A stretch of 64,000 bases of DNA from a virus, in IMG/VR virus record IMGVR_UViG_3300027896_000001, positions 32,001-96,000 of that record, one strand, 5' to 3'. The position numbers and the translations under genes were made by a program. Below, one piece after another: positions 60,801 to 64,000 of this stretch (its first letter is position 1; each line of letters starts with the position of its first letter). Under the pieces are notes generated by a model. It did no database searches, was not told the DNA's origin, and worked only from the letters and a program-made list of their open reading frames with translations.

Positions 60801-61156
60801 AAGATTACAACAACAGGAATAAAAAAGAAGATGATCTTGAAAACACTTTTGGCGATCATCTTGCTCGAAATTATGGACATTTAAAAGAAGGAACTAAAAT
60901 AGGAAAAAAAGAAATTGAAACAATAGGAAAATTAGGGTTTAATAGAGTGGATATTTACAAAGACAGAATTAAACATGAACCATTTTTAACCCCTACTGGA
61001 ATTCAAGCAAAAGCAAAAGTGTCAGAAGACTGGATAGCAAGATTGGCACATAATAGATTAGATGCCGTATTAAGAGAAGGGGCAACGCAGGGATGGAAAA
61101 CCGAAATAACTTCTACATCTCATCCGTTGCCGTCACTTATAACAGGAACATTTTAA
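54824..61156 (+). CDS. DNA-directed RNA polymerase, fused beta-beta' single polypeptide
   Basis: Beta motifs: HTPEG, GYNYEDS, ADKISGLHGNKHIIS, KLEHKVDHKFSAR, GAKNLGRLEIGAL. Beta' motifs: VIPSKYRP, DVNDLY, GRSTI, NRAPSLHR, catalytic GGDFDGD, HGARGG, MKAFHTGG. Confidence 0.95.
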   Translation: MPTETSQKTLEQLLQMQQDARNNLIINTTVKDTVGQILNSVENDDVKLNINNLRVVEKYDNKNIAQQKEVRNKGQSWSNDLRGDIQLIDKKTNKVVDSVKNMKVADIPKITDRGTFLIGGIEYQFTKQARLKPGVYTNRKRNGEINSFFNVDKTVDFERGFNNNFKLGFDPEKKVFMMTYGTKNVPLINALRTVGVTNKELEDTWGKDVFSANSNAYDKYQDINQNKLYEAVFGKHPPRELNHLDVSKQIKERLFATELDPKVTTVTLGKPYKEVNKDAILDASKKILDINRGVVESDDREALIFKSFHDVEDHIREKLIKGSDKIINNIKYKLGKNRTINKSLSPQMFNSFTIGTITNSSLSNPPSQTNPLSIIGESSKFSIMGEGGIGSMNAVTNEARQISNSQMGFIDPLHTPEGPGIGVAVHTTLNTVKVGNDIYSKFLDPHGKKVMLSPLDVYNKNLAFPDQFTLKNGKPIALSDTVKVINAGKMTEVHKDKVDFIVPSAMGMFDTSANSIPFLDSIQPNRGLTASKMQEQALSLKHRDKPLFKILNDKGTPFSETLADVMALPKSPVDGKIKKIARDHIIVKDKRGDDHKIHLYNNFSLNTESFFHNEPVVKEGDSVKEGDRLADNNFTKDGQLALGANLRVAYIPYRGYNYEDSAIMSESAAKKLTSQHIYDLKTKRTAKGVFSANKFKAYYPEELTANNIKKLDKDGIIIPGQTVEHGDIVIAHLEKKVPTADDLAIGRLDKQLKRDMADHSVRWENNHVGVVTDVKKQGNSVIVNIKTEEPLKVADKISGLHGNKHIISKIVPDDQMPFDPKTGKHIELTMSPIGVSGRINTSQLLESAIGKIAEKTGEQYPIRNFSPVDNSRKILEDLKSVGLSDKDILVDPVTKKPYKNPIATGVAHILKLEHKVDHKFSARYKDGYDSNEQPVTGGETGAKNLGRLEIGALLARGANENLKEMYTIKGQRNDEYWKAMETGQSLPPPKNAFVWDKMLAMMHGSGINVQQKGKTFTLKPMTDAEIIEKSKGELLSPTDTYRFKDMAPMKEGLFDPVKAGGIFGEDYTHFKLPEKTLNPIAATAAATLIDLPLKRLENIVIGKQFVDKTTGQIVAPGTPNSVSGGPALEILLNSIKPKEDLKQAIEMLDKAKNPTEINRLNKKIKYLKALEKNKMKPTDYLIQNVLVIPSKYRPVFTMGANDTVITSDVNDLYQQTAHTANALKELNAQISSVVKDEDVKNLQLAEARGQMYQDLKAVYGLQEPTSYLNRVHNKKGFVMQIDGGEKQTKEGYFQDKVVSRKQDIVGRSTIILNPNLGGDEIGIPKEMATKIFQPFIMKKMVSWGYSPLEAQKHITDETPIFDRARQVVTDEKLVIANRAPSLHRWNMTAFKPRLVEGKSIEVPTVVVQRNFGGDFDGDTFQIHVPISPKAQAEAERMKPSASMLKVGYDEVLNRPLKDVITGAWLVSKGKGGIDTGLKFDNLKDAQQAYKQNKFDHGDSVQIGKIKAPYGMHEINSVVPEGDKKWDIELNDKNTQGWIRDITKKHNGKLGLALADKIKEVGNNYATDFGFTLGVSDTVSHNDLRNELLREANKKIDKKNPITILKAYSDILQKGHAELAKNLGEHTMVGIGIKSGGGRDISNTAAINFMPGIVTDANEVPILMPITKSYSEGLDTVGYWAASHGARGGNIKKSISSSLPGWMTKDLMSSLYETRIVSEEPADQKGIEYSVEDKKGIMNRFLAKDVKTTGGKIIAKRNEVVSSDVVNKLNQHKIKSVFVQSPLTDPTPGDGFSSYSYGTDYNNKLHNIGDNIGIMSAHTVTEPALNWAMKAFHTGGALELNKKTTGTVFDKLWNTLKFTQLPNKATLASMHGVVDGIKKSSIGGWDVILNDGNKQDVRYINANNEPVVKKGDIVKPGDFLSTGDPSPHDILKYKGMPETQKFLVDHINEIVDKKLDKRDIETMVRGLTNTTRILDPGSHPNFVKGDTASLTMIEDYNNRNKKEDDLENTFGDHLARNYGHLKEGTKIGKKEIETIGKLGFNRVDIYKDRIKHEPFLTPTGIQAKAKVSEDWIARLAHNRLDAVLREGATQGWKTEITSTSHPLPSLITGTF

Positions 61157-61187
61157 ACTGGTTTTAAACTAAAACAAAGGTGGTGTT

Positions 61188-61955
61188 ATGGAAGACAAAA
61201 TTGAATTTCTTTCAAAACTTGCAGCGGAGGTTGAAAAGGATGAATCCGACAAAGGAAAAGATTCCAAGTCTTCGGGAGATAAACCTGACTCTGGAGAAAA
61301 AAAGGAATCAAAGAAAAAACCTCCATTTTTTGCTAAAAAAAATGGAGGCGATGCTGGAGATAAAGAAAATAAAGGAGATGGTGGTGAACAACCTCCAGCA
61401 GAGGGAAAAGAAGAAAAGGGAGGAAATCCTTTCGCAAAAAATCAGTCAACTGGAGAAGGAGATAATGCTGAAGCAGGAAAAGGAACGCCTGGAGAGGAGC
61501 AACAGGAACCTGCTCAAGGCGCAGGGACAAATCAAATTGATCCGGCGGCCATTATCGAGTTCTTTGCCGGAAATCCAACCCCAACAGACGAAATGTTCCA
61601 TCAATTTGCAGAGTCAAATGGATTCGATGTCCCCGCGGCAGAAGCTGCCGCTTATGTTCTCGCAGGCAAATACATAATGTTACTTAGGGGAGGAAAGTCC
61701 GGAACGGCCCAGTTGGATCCAAATTCTGTAGACCCTCAACAACTTCAAATGGGAATTGAAGTCGAGGCAGAACATACTGATGATCCAACAACAAGGAAAA
61801 AAATTGCTCTTGATCATCTTACTGAAGATCCAGAATATTACACGAAGCTTCAACAGATGGAAGGAGGGGGAGAGCAAATAGCGGCCGAACCAACAGATCA
61901 AGGATCACAGACAGATCAGAAACCACAACCTCAATCTCAGCAGCCCCCACAGTAA
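61188..61955 (+). CDS. Hypothetical protein with DUF5661-like C-terminal domain
   Basis: Disordered acidic/Lys N-terminus; MGIEVEAEHTDD…KIALDHLTEDPEYYTKL. Confidence 0.65.
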   Translation: MEDKIEFLSKLAAEVEKDESDKGKDSKSSGDKPDSGEKKESKKKPPFFAKKNGGDAGDKENKGDGGEQPPAEGKEEKGGNPFAKNQSTGEGDNAEAGKGTPGEEQQEPAQGAGTNQIDPAAIIEFFAGNPTPTDEMFHQFAESNGFDVPAAEAAAYVLAGKYIMLLRGGKSGTAQLDPNSVDPQQLQMGIEVEAEHTDDPTTRKKIALDHLTEDPEYYTKLQQMEGGGEQIAAEPTDQGSQTDQKPQPQSQQPPQ

Positions 61956-61976
61956 TATTTAATTTTTTCAATGTGT

Positions 61977-62009
61977 AAAAAAAGCGCCTATAGAAAAGGC
62001 GCTTTTTTT
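61977..62009. terminator. Bidirectional intrinsic terminator
   Basis: AAAAAAAGCGCCT-ATAGAAA-AGGCGCTTTTTT between convergent genes. Confidence 0.8.
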
Positions 62010-62011
62010 AT

Positions 62012-62287
62012 TTATAAACGTCTCGCAAAAGCACGAAGTAACGCTTCGTTATTTAGGCATCCGCCGTGCTTTGCGTGTTGGTGGATGTGCCTGCCGACTC
62101 CTTGTTTTTTTTCAGCGGGCGCATCTTCAAATTCAAGAACTTCGCCGTCGAATATTGCATCTATAACTTGGTGCCAAACCTTTCGATCTTTCAGATAATT
62201 AAAATCCTCATCCGACGGCGAACTACCGCAATGGCCCGGGAATATGAATCCGCCGGTTTCGTCAATTTCAATATGATAACTTGGCAT
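62012..62287 (-). CDS. Hypothetical protein
   Basis: 91 aa with AAAGGA RBS. Confidence 0.6.
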   Translation of the reverse strand: MPSYHIEIDETGGFIFPGHCGSSPSDEDFNYLKDRKVWHQVIDAIFDGEVLEFEDAPAEKKQGVGRHIHQHAKHGGCLNNEALLRAFARRL

Positions 62288-62456
62288 ACTGTTCCTTTCT
62301 TGCGCCCGCCTACAATCTCGCTCTCGGCAGGCATTTACACCAACGTTCAGGCGAACGGCTGTACGTGGCGGTAGCGGGAGACGTAGGATTATCCCTACAA
62401 CGATCTATTACTACGTCCACATATCGTTGACTTACCGCCATGACAGCCTTTGCCTT

Positions 62457-62617
62457 GTTGTGTGCTGTACTGTTGGCAAAGCATCGGGAATCGAACCCGC
62501 TTCTCTCGGCTTCCAAAGTAGCTAACTTTGGCATGGTTGAGCGAGGTACCATCGGACTACTCGCGAGACGTACCGACATTTATCCTCCCTGCTCCTGCCA
62601 ACAGTATTGCACACAAC
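62457..62617 (-). ncRNA. tRNA-like structured RNA (canonical T-arm, non-canonical body) enclosed in a long stem
   Basis: - strand CGGG-TTCGATT-CCCG then …TGCCA; D-loop-like TAGTCCGATGGTA; ~20-bp flanking IR GTTGTGTGC..TACTGTTGGCA / TGCCAACAGTA..GCACACAAC. Confidence 0.5.
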
Positions 62618-62625
62618 TATACGCA

Positions 62626-62928
62626 TTACGGCGTAACTGGCGCATTATGGATTACGCCAGACTTTTTAGGGCCGGTCTTCAGTTTTGACCGCGGTTTCGA
62701 CTTCGGGCGCGGTTTCGGCTTTGAGCGCGATTTCGACTTATGGCGCGATTTCGACCTTGATTTTGATTTCGATTTTGATCTCTTTCTGCGTGGCGCCGAG
62801 TCGTCATCGTCTTCTTCATTACTTTTTTTCCTTGTTCTCATAAAGAAGAAAGTTCCCAACCCTCCTGCAAGAATACCGCCTGCAGCTGACAGACCCATCA
62901 ATACTTCTTTTCTTAAACCCATCGACAC
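62626..62928 (-). CDS. Membrane-anchored protein with basic SK/SR/PK dipeptide tail
   Basis: Hydrophobic LSAAGGILAGGLGTFFF followed by RSKSKSKSRSKSRHKSKSRSKPKPRPK; AGGAGG RBS. Confidence 0.65.
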   Translation of the reverse strand: MSMGLRKEVLMGLSAAGGILAGGLGTFFFMRTRKKSNEEDDDDSAPRRKRSKSKSKSRSKSRHKSKSRSKPKPRPKSKPRSKLKTGPKKSGVIHNAPVTP

Positions 62929-63198
62929 CCTCCTTTTGGTTAAGAATTAAACTAGTGGCTTTATCGCCACATTTGTAATTTCAAAATGGCAGGGGAAAGG
63001 ACGGGTCTACTGACCCGCCCTTTCAGGGACCTGAGTTACCCTTAACCAAAAGGAGGTTTCAATAACTCAGATCTGCCCTATCCCCCTGAATTGAAATTCA
63101 GAATTAAAGATCTTCAATATAGTTATTCCATAATTTACGTCAATATCACTTTGGTCTTTTATGTTGAAAAAGGCAAGTTATAAAGCTATATTTAGAAT

Positions 63199-64000
63199 AT
63201 GGAATATCAGTTATCAGTAGTGCCCCATATATGCAACGGTGTCATACACAACAAAATAAAAGACACCGAATTATACGAAGTAACTATACACGAGTCTCCA
63301 TTAGGTCCTCTTGCAAATCCAATTTACGCAACCGCTATTCATCCTTCAGGACTTCAAGGAAATTACAAACAAGGCGATTATGTAAAAACAATGATCCACT
63401 TCACATTCAGTGGTTCACAAAACAAAATTATAGGCGTAAAGGATGGATCATCTGTTCATATTCTCGGGCATTATAATGAAAAATCGTATCTGAACAAAAA
63501 AGTAGAAAATCCTCTTACAGCTTCCGGAGAAGATAAAACAACATTTTCAAATAAAAACAGCGGAGCAGGAATATCTGCCGGAGATAATGGAGAACTTAAA
63601 ACAGCATCTTCCGGGTCTGTTCATACGTTGCTTAAAGCTTTTGGATATGGATTAAATGAAGATATCCATCAAGTGTGGGCACAAAATCACAAAAGGGTAA
63701 TAGGAAATAATTCTCCATTTTATCTTTGCCTTGAACAGTTTGGAATGTACTCTGGCTCGGATGACGATGATAAATTATCGAAAACAACTGATGAAGACAA
63801 TCTTATTATTTTCCGAAGATTTGTAACACAAACGCAATCTCCGAATAATTGGATTTCCACATGTGAGGGAACATGCGCTCCTTTGGTTGGGCCCAATAAT
63901 GATTCTGATTTAATTGAAGTGTCTAAAGAAGTTCTTTTTTCTAAAATAGTAAATCATGGTGCTTCAAGGGCCACTATCGAAATGGGAGAACCTGGATCAT
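63199..64000 (+). CDS. Partial CDS (3' truncated), possibly a baseplate spike/gp5-gpV OB-fold protein
   Basis: My translation from ATG 63199 gives MEYQLSVVPHICNG…YKQGDYVKTMIHF…VHILGHY and appears open to the window end. The resemblance to the gpV 'GDxV…ILG' pattern is weak. Confidence 0.5.
   Translation, partial: MEYQLSVVPHICNGVIHNKIKDTELYEVTIHESPLGPLANPIYATAIHPSGLQGNYKQGDYVKTMIHFTFSGSQNKIIGVKDGSSVHILGHYNEKSYLNKKVENPLTASGEDKTTFSNKNSGAGISAGDNGELKTASSGSVHTLLKAFGYGLNEDIHQVWAQNHKRVIGNNSPFYLCLEQFGMYSGSDDDDKLSKTTDEDNLIIFRRFVTQTQSPNNWISTCEGTCAPLVGPNNDSDLIEVSKEVLFSKIVNHGASRATIEMGEPGS

Noticed and set aside
54824-61156. Bacterial rpoBC locus (host chromosome)
   Set aside because: There are no flanking ribosomal protein genes, the motifs are strongly diverged and shortened, and the surroundings are phage-like. 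No gene symbol was assigned.
62474-62599. Canonical tRNA gene
   Set aside because: About 125 nt, with no proper D-stem or 7-nt anticodon loop, so no anticodon can be assigned. Kept only as tRNA-like.
1-64000. Stop-codon reassignment, and the many short antisense ORFs inside long genes
   Set aside because: Standard-code ORFs tile the window densely, and TAA, TAG and TGA all end genes. The antisense ORFs are shadows of real genes.

Overview
This window is a 64-kb piece of a large (jumbo-type) tailed dsDNA phage genome; it reads with the standard genetic code. It has three blocks. (1) 1-27.4 kb, + strand: virion and receptor-binding module with a CBM-like protein, a GH16 glycanase, Thr/Pro-linker proteins, a giant repeated beta-helix protein and a probable portal. 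(2) 27.6-54.6 kb, - strand: a complete ubiquitin-like conjugation operon (two E2-like proteins, JAB, E1/ThiF, tandem Ubl), VRR-NUC, SNF2 helicase, DEDDh/PD-(D/E)XK nuclease, Gp3-like and SSB-like proteins, a primase-MCM-like helicase and an AT-rich origin candidate. (3) From 54.8 kb: a single-chain fused beta/beta' RNA polymerase and small structured RNA candidates. The most striking feature is a mostly non-coding array at 41.75-45.4 kb of six retron msr-msd-like units, oriented on the - strand. Five are closed by their own inverted repeat, and the sixth has a degenerate one. All six have a G-G apposition at the top of that stem, a conserved UGUUUCG-type hairpin near the RNA 5' end, and an unrelated long rod-like or branched cargo that folds better as + strand ssDNA. 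No reverse transcriptase is visible in this window. All family assignments come from reading motifs by eye; no searches were run.
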